Part shown: one piece after another, positions 27,901 to 42,900 of the stretch | How the letters are laid out: the number at the start of each line of letters is the position of its first letter | Numbering within the stretch: position 1 is the first letter of the stretch | Origin: Eledone cirrhosa | Taxonomy: Eukaryota | Assembly (NCBI GenBank): GCA_964016885.1 | Contig: OZ024741.1 | Location: 397,110,001-397,174,000 of the forward strand | Direction: 5' to 3' | Length of the DNA: 64,000 nt | Notes under the pieces: model-generated | Seen by the model: the letters and a program-made list of their open reading frames with translations, nothing else | What the model was told of the DNA's origin: nothing | The model's database searches: none | Translations under genes and position numbers: made by a program

Positions 27901-30900
27901 CAAGACATAGATGTGACTGACTGTGGTCATTGGAGCACTTTGGCTGCCTCATGTGTCTCAAGACATAGATATAACTGACGTGGTCATTGGAGCACTTTGG
28001 CTGCCTCATGTGTCTCAAGACATAGATGTAACTGACCGTGGTCATTAGAGCACTTTGGCTGCCTCATGTGTCTCAAGACATAGATGTAACTGACCGTGGT
28101 CATTAGAGCACTTTGGCTGCCTCATGTGTCTCAAGACATAGATGTAACTGACCGTGGTCATTAGAGCACTTTGGCTGCCTCATGTGTCTCAAGACATAGA
28201 TGTAACTGACCGTGGTCATTGGAGCACTTTGGCTGCCTCATGTGTCTCAAGACATAGATATAACTGACGTTGTCATTGGAGCACTTTGGCTGCCTCTGTG
28301 TCTCAAGACATAGATGTAACTGACTGTGGTCATTGGAGCACTTTGGCTGCCTCATGTGTCTCAAGACATAGATGTAACTGACCGTGGTCATTGGAGCACT
28401 TTGGCTGCCTCATGTGTCTCAAGACATAGATATAACTGACGTTGTCATTGAAGCACTTTGGCTGCCTCATGTGTCTCAAGACATAGATGTAACTGACTGT
28501 GGTCATTGGAGCACTTTGGCTGCCTCATGTGTCTCAAGACATAGATGTAACTAACCGTGGTCATTAGAGCACTTTGGCTGCCTCATGTGTCTCAAGACAT
28601 AGATGTAACTGACGTGGTCATTGGAGCACTTTGGCTGCCTCATGTGTCTCAAGACATAGATGTAACTGACCGTGGTCATTGGAGCACTTTGGCTGCCTCA
28701 TGTGTCTCAAGACATAGATGTAACTGACCGTGGTCATTAGAGCACTTTGGCTGCCTCATGTGTCTCAAGACATAGATGTAACTGACGTGGTCATTGGATC
28801 ACTTTGGCTGCCTCATGTGTCTCAAGACATAGATGTAACTGACAGTGGTCATTGGAGCACTTTGGCTGCCTCATGTGTCTCAAGACATAGATGTAACTGA
28901 CCGTGGTCATTGGAGCACTTTGGCTGCCTCATGTGTCTCAAGACATAGATGTAACTGACCGTGGTCATTAGAGCACTTTGGCTGCCTCATGTATCTCAAG
29001 ACATAGATGTAACTGACGTGGTCATTGGAGCACTTTGGCTGCCTCATGTGTCTCAAGACATAGATGTATCTGACAGTGGTCATTGGAGCACTTTGGCTGC
29101 TCCATGTGTCTCAAGACATAGATGTAACTGACGTGGTCATTAGAGCACTTTGGCTGCCTCATGTGTCTCAAGACAGATGTAACTGACCGTGGTCATTAGA
29201 GCACTTTGGCTGCCTCATGTGTCTCAAGACATAGATGTAACTGACCGTGGTCATTGGAGCACTTTGGCTGCCTCATGTGTCTCAAGACATAGATATAACT
29301 GACGTGGTCATTGGAGCACTTTGGCTGCCTCATGTGTCTCAAGACATAGATGTAACTGACTGTGGTCATTGGAGCACTTTGGCTGCCTCATGTGTCTCAA
29401 GACATAGATGTAAATGACCGTGGTCATTGGAGCACTTTGGCTGCCTCATGTGTCTCAAGACATAGATGTAACTGACCGTGGTCATTAGAGCACTTTGGCT
29501 GCCTCATGTGTCTCAAGACATAGATGTAACTGACCGTGGTCTTTGGAGCACTTTGGCTGCCTCATGTGTCTCAAGACATAGATATAACTGACGTGGTCAT
29601 TGGAGCACTTTGGCTGCCTCATGTGTCTCAAGACATAGATGTAACTGACTGTGGTCATTGGAGCACTTTGGCTGCCTCATGTGTCTCAAGACATAGATGT
29701 AACTGACCGTGGTCATTGGAGCACTTTGGCTGCCTCATGTGTCTCAAGACATAGATATAACTGACGTTGTCATTGAAGCACTTTGGCTGCCTCATGTGTC
29801 TCAAGACATAGATATAACTGACCGTGGTCATTGGAGCACTTTGGCTGCCTCATGTGTCTCAAGACATAGATGTAACTGACCGCGGTCATTGGAGCACTTT
29901 GGCTGCCTCATGTGTCTCAAGACATAGATGTAACTGACCGTGGTCATTAGAGCACTTTGGCTGCCTCATGTGTCTCAAGACATAGATGTAACTGACGTGG
30001 TCATTGGAGCACTTTGGCTGCCTCATGTGTCTCAAGACATAGATGTAACTGACCGTGGTCATTGGAGCACTTTGGCTGCCTCATGTGTCTCAAGACATAG
30101 ATGTAACTGACCGTGGTCATTAGAGCACTTTGGCTGCCTCATGTGTCTCAAGACATAGATGTAACTGACGTGGTCATTGGAGCACTTTGGCTGCCTCATG
30201 TGTCTCAAGACATAGATGTAACTGACTGTGGTCATTGGAGCACTTTGGCTGCCTCATGTGTCTCAAGACATAGATGTAACTGACCGTGGTCATTAGAGCA
30301 CTTTGGCTGCCTCATGTGTCTCAAGACATAGATGTAACTGACGTGGTCATTGGATCACTTTGGCTGCCTCATGTGTCTCAAGACATAGATGTAACTGACA
30401 GTGGTCATTGGAGCACTTTGGCTGCCTCATGTGTCTCAAGACATAGATGTAACTGACCGTGGTCATTGGAGCACTTTGGCTGCCTCATGTGTCTCAAGAC
30501 ATAGATGTAACTGACCGTGGTCATTAGAGCACTTTGGCTGCCTCATGTGTCTCAAGACATAGATGTAACTGACGTGGTTTGGAGCACTTTGGCTGCCTCA
30601 TGTGTCTCAAGACATAGATGTAACTGACCGTGGTCATTAGAGCACTTTGGCTGCCTCATGTGTCTCAAGACATAGATGTAACTGACCGTGGTCATTGGAG
30701 CACTTTGGCTGCTCCATGTGTCTCAAGACATAGATGTAACTGACCGTGGTCATTAGAGCACTTTGGCTGCCTCATGTGTCTCAAGACATAAATGTAACTG
30801 ACCGTGGTCATTAGAGCACTTTGGCTGCCTCATGTGTCTCAAGACATAGATGTAACTGACCGTGGTCATTGGAGCACTTTGGCTGCCTCATGTGTCTCAA

Positions 30901-33900
30901 GACATAGATGTAACTGACGTGGTCATTGGAGCAATTTGGCTGCCTCATGTGTCTCAAGACATAGATGTAACTGACTGTGGTCATTGGAGCACTTTGTCTG
31001 CCTCATGTGTCTCAAGACATAGATGTAAATGACCGTGGTCATTGGAGCACTTTGGCTGCCTCATGTGTCTCAAGACATAGATGTAACTGACCGTGGTCAT
31101 TAGAGCACTTTGGCTGCCTCATGTGTCTCAAGACATATATGTAACTGACCGTGGTCATTGTAGCACTTTGGCTGCCTCATGTGTCTCAAGACATAGATAT
31201 AACTGACGTGGTCATTGGAGCACTTTGGCTGCCTCATGTGTCTCAAGACATAGATGTAACTGACTGTGGTCATTGGAGCACTTTGTCTGCCTCATGTGTC
31301 TCAAGACATAGATGTAAATGACCGTGGTCATTGGAGCACTTTGGCTGCCTCATGTGTCTCAAGACATAGATGTAACTGACCGTGGTCATTAGAGCACTTT
31401 GGCTGCCTCATGTGTCTCAAGACATATATGTAACTGACCGTGGTCATTGGAGCACTTTGGCTGCCTCATATGTCTCAAGACATAGATATAACTGACGTGG
31501 TCATTGGAGCACTTTGGCTGCCTCATGTGTCTCAAGACATAGATGTAACTGACTGTGGTCATTGGAGCACTTTGGCTGCCTCATGTGTCTCAAGACATAG
31601 ATGTAACTGACCGTGGTCATTGGAGCACTTTGGCTGCCTCATGTGTCTCAAGACATAGATATAACTGACGTGGTCATTGGAGCACTTTGGCTGCCTCGTG
31701 TGTCTCAAGACATAGATGTAACTGACCGTGGTCATTAGAGCACTTTGGCTGCCTCATGTGTCTCAAGACATAGATGTAACTGACCGTGGTCATTAGAGCA
31801 CTTTGGCTGCCTCATGTGTCTTAAGACATAGATGTAACTGACGTGGTCATTGGATCACTTTGGCTGCCTCATGTGTCTCAAGACATAGATGTAACTGACA
31901 GTGGTCATTGGAGCACTTTGGCTGCCTCATGTGTCTCAAGACATAGATGTAACTGACCGTGGTCATTAGAGCACTTTGGCTGCCTCATGTGTCTTAAGAC
32001 ATAGATGTAACTGACCGTGGTCATTGGAGCACTTTGGCTGCTCCATGTGTCTCAAGACATAGATGTAACTGACGTGGTCATTAGAGCACTTTGGCTGCCT
32101 CATGTGTCTCAAGACATAGATGTAACTGACCGTGGTCATTAGAGCACTTTGGCTGCCTCATGTGTCTCAAGACATAGATGTAACTGACCGTGGTCATTGG
32201 AGCACTTTGGCTGCCTCATGTGTCTCAAGACATAGATATAACTGACGTGGTCATTGGAGCACTTTGGCTGCCTCATGTGTCTCAAGACATAGATGTGACT
32301 GACTGTGGTCATTGGAGCACTTTGGCTGCCTCATGTGTCTCAAGACATAGATATAACTGACGTGGTCATTGGAGCACTTTGGCTGCCTCATGTGTCTCAA
32401 GACATAGATGTAACTGACTGTGGTCATTGGAGCACTTTGTCTGCCTCATGTGTCTCAAGACATAGATGTAAATGACCGTGGTCATTGGAGCACTTTGGCT
32501 GCCTCATGTGTCTCAAGACATAGATGTAACTGACCGTGGTCATTAGAGCACTTTGGCTGCCTCATGTGTCTCAAGACATATATGTAACTGACCGTGGTCA
32601 TTGGAGCACTTTGGCTGCCTCATGTGTCTCAAGACAGATATAACTGACGTGGTCATTGGAGCACTTTGGCTGCCTCATGTGTCTCAAGACATAGATGTAA
32701 CTGACTGTGGTCATTGGAGCACTTTGGCTGCCTCATGTGTCTCAAGACATAGATGTAACTGACCGTGGTCATTGGAGCACTTTGGCTGCCTCATGTGTCT
32801 CAAGACATAGATATAACTGACGTGGTCATTGGAGCACTTTGGCTGCCTCGTGTGTCTCAAGACATAGATGTAACTGACCGTGGTCATTAGAGCACTTTGG
32901 CTGCCTCATGTGTCTCAAGACATAGATGTAACTGACCGTGGTCATTAGAGCACTTTGGCTGCCTCATGTGTCTTAAGACATAGATGTAACTGACGTGGTC
33001 ATTGGATCACTTTGGCTGCCTCATGTGTCTCAAGACATAGATGTAACTGACAGTGGTCATTGGAGCACTTTGGCTGCCTCATGTGTCTCAAGACATAGAT
33101 ATAACTGACCGTGGTCATTAGAGCACTTTGGCTGCCTCATGTGTCTCAAGACATAGATGTAACTGACCGTGGTCATTGGAGCACTTTGGCTGCCTCATGT
33201 GTCTCAAGACATAGATGTAACTGACCGTGGTCATTGGAACACTTTGGCTGCCTCATGTGTCTCAAGACATAGATGTCACTGACCGTGGTCATTAGAGCAC
33301 TTTGGCTGCCTCATGTGTCTCAAGACATAGATGTAACTGACCGTGGTCATTGGAGCACTTTGGCTGCCTCATGTGTCTCAAGACATAGATGTAACTGACC
33401 GTGGTCATTATAGCACTTTGGGTGCCTCATGTGTCTCAAGACATAGATGTAACTGACGAGGTCATTGGAGCACTTTGGCTGCCTCATGTGTCTCAAGACA
33501 TAGATGTAACTGACCGTGGTCATTAGAGCACTTTGGCTGCCTCATGTGTCTCAAGACATAGATGTAACTGACCGTGGTCATTGGAGCACTTTGGCTGCTC
33601 CATGTGTCTCAAGACATAGATGTAACTGACGTGGTCATTAGAGCACTTTGGCTGCCTCATGTGTCTCAAGACATAGATGTAACTGACCGTGGTCATTAGA
33701 GCACTTTGGCTGCCTCATGTGTCTCAAGACATAGATGTAACTGACCGTGGTCATTGGAGCACTTTGGCTGCCTCATGTGTCTCAAGACATAGATATAACT
33801 GACGTGGTCATTGGAGCACTTTGGCTGCCTCATGTGTCTCAAGACATAGATGTGACTGACTGTGGTCATTGGAGCACTTTGGCTGCCTCATGTGTCTCAA

Positions 33901-36900
33901 GACATAGATATAACTGACGTGGTCATTGGAGCACTTTGGCTGCCTCATGTGTCTCAAGACATAGATGTAACTGACCGTGGTCATTAGAGCACTTTGGCTG
34001 CCTCATGTGTCTCAAGACATAGATGTAACTGACCGTGGTCATTAGAGCACTTTGGCTGCCTCATGTGTCTCAAGACATAGATGTAACTGACCGTGGTCAT
34101 TAGAGCACTTTGGCTGCCTCATGTGTCTCAAGACATAGATGTAACTGACCGTGGTCATTGGAGCACTTTGGCTGCCTCATGTGTCTCAAGACATAGATAT
34201 AACTGACGTTGTCATTGGAGCACTTTGGCTGCCTCTGTGTCTCAAGACATAGATGTAACTGACTGTGGTCATTGGAGCACTTTGGCTGCCTCATGTGTCT
34301 CAAGACATAGATGTAACTGACCGTGGTCATTGGAGCACTTTGGCTGCCTCATGTGTCTCAAGACATAGATATAACTGACGTTGTCATTGAAGCACTTTGG
34401 CTGCCTCATGTGTCTCAAGACATAGATGTAACTGACCGTGGTCATTGGAGCACTTTGGCTGCCTCATGTGTCTCAAGACATAGATGTAACTGACCGTGGT
34501 CATTAGAGCACTTTGGCTGCCTCATGTGTCTCAAGACATAGATGTAACTGACTGTGGTCATTGGAGCACTTTGGCTGCCTCATGTGTCTCAAGACATAGA
34601 TGTAACTAACCGTGGTCATTAGAGCACTTTGGCTGCCTCATGTGTCTCAAGACATAGATGTAACTGACGTGGTCATTGGAGCACTTTGGCTGCCTCATGT
34701 GTCTCAAGACATAGATGTAACTGACCGTGGTCATTGGAGCACTTTGGCTGCCTCATGTGTCTCAAGACATAGATGTAACTGACCGTGGTCATTAGAGCAC
34801 TTTGGCTGCCTCATGTGTCTCAAGACATAGATGTAACTGACGTGGTCATTGGATCACTTTGGCTGCCTCATGTGTCTCAAGACATAGATGTAACTGACAG
34901 TGGTCATTGGAGCACTTTGGCTGCCTCATGTGTCTCAAGACATAGATGTAACTGACCGTGGTCATTGGAGCACTTTGGCTGCCTCATGTGTCTCAAGACA
35001 TAGATGTAACTGACCGTGGTCATTAGAGCACTTTGGCTGCCTCATGTATCTCAAGACATAGATGTAACTGACGTGGTCATTGGAGCACTTTGGCTGCCTC
35101 ATGTGTCTCAAGACATAGATGTATCTGACAGTGGTCATTGGAGCACTTTGGCTGCTCCATGTGTCTCAAGACATAGATGTAACTGACGTGGTCATTAGAG
35201 CACTTTGGCTGCCTCATGTGTCTCAAGACATAGATGTAACTGACCGTGGTCATTAGAGCACTTTGGCTGCCTCATGTGTCTCAAGACATAGATGTAACTG
35301 ACCGTGGTCATTAGAGCACTTTGGCTGCCTCATGTGTCTTAAGACATAGATGTAACTGACGTGGTCATTGGATCACTTTGGCTGCCTCATGTGTCTCAAG
35401 ACATAGATGTAACTGACAGTGGTCATTGGAGCACTTTGGCTGCCTCATGTGTCTCAAGACATAGATGTAACTGACCGTGGTCATTAGAGCACTTTGGCTG
35501 CCTCATGTGTCTTAAGACATAGATGTAACTGACCGTGGTCATTGGAGCACTTTGGCTGCTCCATGTGTCTCAAGACATAGATGTAACTGACGTGGTCATT
35601 AGAGCACTTTGGCTGCCTCATGTGTCTCAAGACATAGATGTAACTGACCGTGGTCATTAGAGCACTTTGGCTGCCTCATGTGTCTCAAGACATAGATGTA
35701 ACTGACCGTGGTCATTGGAGCACTTTGGCTGCCTCATGTGTCTCAAGACATAGATATAACTGACGTGGTCATTGGAGCACTTTGGCTGCCTCATGTGTCT
35801 CAAGACATAGATGTGACTGACTGTGGTCATTGGAGCACTTTGGCTGCCTCATGTGTCTCAAGACATAGATATAACTGACGTGGTCATTGGAGCACTTTGG
35901 CTGCCTCATGTGTCTCAAGACATAGATGTAACTGACTGTGGTCATTGGAGCACTTTGTCTGCCTCATGTGTCTCAAGACATAGATGTAAATGACCGTGGT
36001 CATTGGAGCACTTTGGCTGCCTCATGTGTCTCAAGACATAGATGTAACTGACCGTGGTCATTAGAGCACTTTGGCTGCCTCATGTGTCTCAAGACATATA
36101 TGTAACTGACCGTGGTCATTGGAGCACTTTGGCTGCCTCATGTGTCTCAAGACAGATATAACTGACGTGGTCATTGGAGCACTTTGGCTGCCTCATGTGT
36201 CTCAAGACATAGATGTAACTGACTGTGGTCATTGGAGCACTTTGGCTGCCTCATGTGTCTCAAGACATAGATGTAACTGACCGTGGTCATTGGAGCACTT
36301 TGGCTGCCTCATGTGTCTCAAGACATAGATATAACTGACGTGGTCATTGGAGCACTTTGGCTGCCTCGTGTGTCTCAAGACATAGATGTAACTGACCGTG
36401 GTCATTAGAGCACTTTGGCTGCCTCATGTGTCTCAAGACATAGATGTAACTGACCGTGGTCATTAGAGCACTTTGGCTGCCTCATGTGTCTTAAGACATA
36501 GATGTAACTGACGTGGTCATTGGATCACTTTGGCTGCCTCATGTGTCTCAAGACATAGATGTAACTGACAGTGGTCATTGGAGCACTTTGGCTGCCTCAT
36601 GTGTCTCAAGACATAGATATAACTGACCGTGGTCATTAGAGCACTTTGGCTGCCTCATGTGTCTCAAGACATAGATGTAACTGACCGTGGTCATTGGAGC
36701 ACTTTGGCTGCCTCATGTGTCTCAAGACATAGATGTAACTGACCGTGGTCATTGGAACACTTTGGCTGCCTCATGTGTCTCAAGACATAGATGTCACTGA
36801 CCGTGGTCATTAGAGCACTTTGGCTGCCTCATGTGTCTCAAGACATAGATGTAACTGACCGTGGTCATTGGAGCACTTTGGCTGCCTCATGTGTCTCAAG

Positions 36901-39900
36901 ACATAGATGTAACTGACCGTGGTCATTATAGCACTTTGGGTGCCTCATGTGTCTCAAGACATAGATGTAACTGACGAGGTCATTGGAGCACTTTGGCTGC
37001 CTCATGTGTCTCAAGACATAGATGTAACTGACCGTGGTCATTAGAGCACTTTGGCTGCCTCATGTGTCTCAAGACATAGATGTAACTGACCGTGGTCATT
37101 GGAGCACTTTGGCTGCTCCATGTGTCTCAAGACATAGATGTAACTGACGTGGTCATTAGAGCACTTTGGCTGCCTCATGTGTCTCAAGACATAGATGTAA
37201 CTGACCGTGGTCATTAGAGCACTTTGGCTGCCTCATGTGTCTCAAGACATAGATGTAACTGACCGTGGTCATTGGAGCACTTTGGCTGCCTCATGTGTCT
37301 CAAGACATAGATATAACTGACGTGGTCATTGGAGCACTTTGGCTGCCTCATGTGTCTCAAGACATAGATGTGACTGACTGTGGTCATTGGAGCACTTTGG
37401 CTGCCTCATGTGTCTCAAGACATAGATATAACTGACGTGGTCATTGGAGCACTTTGGCTGCCTCATGTGTCTCAAGACATAGATGTAACTGACCGTGGTC
37501 ATTAGAGCACTTTGGCTGCCTCATGTGTCTCAAGACATAGATGTAACTGACCGTGGTCATTAGAGCACTTTGGCTGCCTCATGTGTCTCAAGACATAGAT
37601 GTAACTGACCGTGGTCATTAGAGCACTTTGGCTGCCTCATGTGTCTCAAGACATAGATGTAACTGACCGTGGTCATTGGAGCACTTTGGCTGCCTCATGT
37701 GTCTCAAGACATAGATATAACTGACGTTGTCATTGGAGCACTTTGGCTGCCTCTGTGTCTCAAGACATAGATGTAACTGACTGTGGTCATTGGAGCACTT
37801 TGGCTGCCTCATGTGTCTCAAGACATAGATGTAACTGACCGTGGTCATTGGAGCACTTTGGCTGCCTCATGTGTCTCAAGACATAGATATAACTGACGTT
37901 GTCATTGAAGCACTTTGGCTGCCTCATGTGTCTCAAGACATAGATGTAACTGACCGTGGTCATTGGAGCACTTTGGCTGCCTCATGTGTCTCAAGACATA
38001 GATGTAACTGACCGTGGTCATTAGAGCACTTTGGCTGCCTCATGTGTCTCAAGACATAGATGTAACTGACTGTGGTCATTGGAGCACTTTGGCTGCCTCA
38101 TGTGTCTCAAGACATAGATGTAACTAACCGTGGTCATTAGAGCACTTTGGCTGCCTCATGTGTCTCAAGACATAGATGTAACTGACGTGGTCATTGGAGC
38201 ACTTTGGCTGCCTCATGTGTCTCAAGACATAGATGTAACTGACCGTGGTCATTGGAGCACTTTGGCTGCCTCATGTGTCTCAAGACATAGATGTAACTGA
38301 CCGTGGTCATTAGAGCACTTTGGCTGCCTCATGTGTCTCAAGACATAGATGTAACTGACGTGGTCATTGGATCACTTTGGCTGCCTCATGTGTCTCAAGA
38401 CATAGATGTAACTGACAGTGGTCATTGGAGCACTTTGGCTGCCTCATGTGTCTCAAGACATAGATGTAACTGACCGTGGTCATTGGAGCACTTTGGCTGC
38501 CTCATGTGTCTCAAGACATAGATGTAACTGACCGTGGTCATTAGAGCACTTTGGCTGCCTCATGTATCTCAAGACATAGATGTAACTGACGTGGTCATTG
38601 GAGCACTTTGGCTGCCTCATGTGTCTCAAGACATAGATGTATCTGACAGTGGTCATTGGAGCACTTTGGCTGCTCCATGTGTCTCAAGACATAGATGTAA
38701 CTGACGTGGTCATTAGAGCACTTTGGCTGCCTCATGTGTCTCAAGACAGATGTAACTGACCGTGGTCATTAGAGCACTTTGGCTGCCTCATGTGTCTCAA
38801 GACATAGATGTAACTGACCGTGGTCATTGGAGCACTTTGGCTGCCTCATGTGTCTCAAGACATAGATATAACTGACGTGGTCATTGGAGCACTTTGGCTG
38901 CCTCATGTGTCTCAAGACATAGATGTAACTGACTGTGGTCATTGGAGCACTTTGGCTGCCTCATGTGTCTCAAGACATAGATGTAAATGACCGTGGTCAT
39001 TGGAGCACTTTGGCTGCCTCATGTGTCTCAAGACATAGATGTAACTGACCGTGGTCATTAGAGCACTTTGGCTGCCTCATGTGTCTCAAGACATAGATGT
39101 AACTGACCGTGGTCTTTGGAGCACTTTGGCTGCCTCATGTGTCTCAAGACATAGATATAACTGACGTGGTCATTGGAGCACTTTGGCTGCCTCATGTGTC
39201 TCAAGACATAGATGTAACTGACCGTGGTCATTGGAGCACTTTGGCTGCCTCATGTGTCTCAAGACATAGATATAACTGACGTTGTCATTGAAGCACTTTG
39301 GCTGCCTCATGTGTCTCAAGACATAGATGTAACTGACCGTGGTCATTGGAGCACTTTGGCTGCCTCATGTGTCTCAAGACATAGATGTAACTGACCGTGG
39401 TCATTAGAGCACTTTGGCTGCCTCATGTGTCTCAAGACATAGATGTAACTGACCGTGGTCATTGGAGCACTTTGGCTGCCTCATGTGTCTCAAGACATAG
39501 ATGTAACTGACCGTGGTCATTGGAGCACTTTGGCTGCCTCATGTGTCTCAAGACAGAGATGTAACTGACCGTGGTCATTGGAGCACTTTGGCTGCCTCAT
39601 GTGTCTCAAGACATAGATGTAACTGACCGTGGTCATTAGAGCACTTTGGCTGCCTCATGTGTCTTAATACATAGATGTAACTGACGTGGTCATTGGATCA
39701 CTTTGGCTGCCTCATGTGTCTCAAGACATAGATGTAACTGACAGTGGTCATTGGAGCACTTTGGCGGCCTCATGTGTCTCAAGACATAGATATAACTGAC
39801 CGTGGTCATTAGAGCACTTTGGCTGCCTCATGTGTCTCAAGACATAGATGTAACTGACCGTGGTCATTGGAGCACTTTGGCTGCCTCATGTGTCTCAAGA

Positions 39901-42900
39901 CATAGATGTAACTGACCGTGGTCATTGGAACACTTTGGCTGCCTCATGTGTCTCAAGACATAGATGTCACTGACCGTGGTCATTAGAGCACTTTGGCTGC
40001 CTCATGTGTCTCAAGACATAGATGTAACTGACCGTGGTCATTGGAGCACTTTGGCTGCCTCATGTGTCTCAAGACATAGATGTAACTGACCGTGGTCATT
40101 ATAGCACTTTGGGTGCCTCATGTGTCTCAAGACATAGATGTAACTGACGTGGTCATTGGAGCACTTTGGCTGCCTCATGTGTCTCAAGACATAGATGTAA
40201 CTGACCGTGGTCATTAGAGCACTTTGGCTGCCTCATGTGTCTCAAGACATAGATGTAACTGACCGTGGTCATTGGAGCACTTTGGCTGCTCCATGTGTCT
40301 CAAGACATAGATGTAACTGACGTGGTCATTAGAGCACTTTGGCTGCCTCATGTGTCTCAAGACATAGATGTAACTGACCGTGGTCATTAGAGCACTTTGG
40401 CTGCCTCATGTGTCTCAAGACATAGATGTAACTGACCGTGGTCATTGGAGCACTTTGGCTGCCTCATGTGTCTCAAGACATAGATATAACTGACGTGGTC
40501 ATTGGAGCACTTTGGCTGCCACATGTGTCTCAAGACATAGATGTGACTGACTGTGGTCATTGGAGCACTTTGGCTGCCTCATGTGTCTCAAGACATAGAT
40601 ATAACTGACGTGGTCATTGGAGCACTTTGGCTGCCTCATGTGTCTCAAGACATAGATGTAACTGACCGTGGTCATTAGAGCACTTTGGCTGCCTCATGTG
40701 TCTCAAGACATAGATGTAACTGACCGTGGTCATTAGAGCACTTTGGCTGCCTCATGTGTCTCAAGACATAGATGTAACTGACCGTGGTCATTAGAGCACT
40801 TTGGCTGCCTCATGTGTCTCAAGACATAGATGTAACTGACCGTGGTCATTGGAGCACTTTGGCTGCCTCATGTGTCTCAAGACATAGATATAACTGACGT
40901 TGTCATTGGAGCACTTTGGCTGCCTCTGTGTCTCAAGACATAGATGTAACTGACCGTGGTCATTGGAGCACTTTGGCTGCCTCATGTGTCTCAAGACATA
41001 GATATAACTGACGTTGTCATTGAAGCACTTTGGCTGCCTCATGTGTCTCAAGACATAGATGTAACTGACCGTGGTCATTGGAGCACTTTGGCTGCCTCAT
41101 GTGTCTCAAGACATAGATGTAACTGACCGTGGTCATTAGAGCACTTTGGCTGCCTCATGTGTCTCAAGACATAGATGTAACTGACTGTGGTCATTGGAGC
41201 ACTTTGGCTGCCTCATGTGTCTCAAGACATAGATGTAACTAACCGTGGTCATTAGAGCACTTTGGCTGCCTCATGTGTCTCAAGACATAGATGTAACTGA
41301 CGTGGTCATTGGAGCACTTTGGCTGCCTCATGTGTCTCAAGACATAGATGTAACTGACCGTGGTCATTGGAGCACTTTGGCTGCCTCATGTGTCTCAAGA
41401 CATAGATGTAACTGACCGTGGTCATTAGAGCACTTTGGCTGCCTCATGTGTCTCAAGACATAGATGTAACTGACGTGGTCATTGGATCACTTTGGCTGCC
41501 TCATGTGTCTCAAGACATAGATGTAACTGACAGTGGTCATTGGAGCACTTTGGCTGCCTCATGTGTCTCAAGACATAGATGTAACTGACCGTGGTCATTG
41601 GAGCACTTTGGCTGCCTCATGTGTCTCAAGACATAGATGTAACTGACCGTGGTCATTAGAGCACTTTGGCTGCCTCATGTATCTCAAGACATAGATGTAA
41701 CTGACGTGGTCATTGGAGCACTTTGGCTGCCTCATGTGTCTCAAGACATAGATGTATCTGACAGTGGTCATTGGAGCACTTTGGCTGCTCCATGTGTCTC
41801 AAGACATAGATGTAACTGACGTGGTCATTAGAGCACTTTGGCTGCCTCATGTGTCTCAAGACAGATGTAACTGACCGTGGTCATTAGTGCACTTTGGCTG
41901 CCTCATGTGTCTCAAGACATAGATGTAACTGACCGTGGTCATTGGAGCACTTTGGCTGCCTCATGTGTCTCAAGACATAGATATAACTGACGTGGTCATT
42001 GGAGCACTTTGGCTGCCTCATGTGTCTCAAGACATAGATGTAACTGACTGTGGTCATTGGAGCACTTTGGCTGCCTCATGTGTCTCAAGACATAGATGTA
42101 AATGACCGTGGTCATTGGAGCACTTTGGCTGCCTCATGTGTCTCAAGACATAGATGTAACTGACCGTGGTCATTAGAGCACTTTGGCTGCCTCATGTGTC
42201 TCAAGACATAGATGTAACTGACCGTGGTCTTTGGAGCACTTTGGCTGCCTCATGTGTCTCAAGACATAGATATAACTGACGTGGTCATTGGAGCACTTTG
42301 GCTGCCTCATGTGTCTCAAGACATAGATGTAACTGACCGTGGTCATTGGAGCACTTTGGCTGCCTCATGTGTCTCAAGACATAGATATAACTGACGTTGT
42401 CATTGAAGCACTTTGGCTACCTCATGTGTCTCAAGACATAGATGTAACTGACCGTGGTCATTGGAGCACTTTGGCTGCCTCATGTGTCTCAAGACATAGA
42501 TGTAACTGACCGTGGTCATTAGAGCACTTTGGCTGCCTCATGTGTCTCAAGACATAGATGTAACTGACCGTGGTCATTGGAGCACTTTGGCTGCCTCATG
42601 TGTCTCAAGACATAGATGTAACTGACCGTGGTCATTGGAGCACTTTGGCTGCCTCATGTATCTCAAGACATAGATGTAACTGACCGTGGTCATTGGAGCA
42701 CTTTGGCTGCCTCATGTGTCTCAAGACATAGATGTAACTGACCGTGGTCATTGGAGCACTTTGGCTGCCTCATGTGTCTCAAGACATAGATGTAACTGAC
42801 CGTGGTCATTGGAGCACTTTGGCTGCCTCATGTGTCTCAAGACATAGATATAACTGACGTTGTCATTGAAGCACTTTGGCTGCCTCATGTGTCTCAAGAC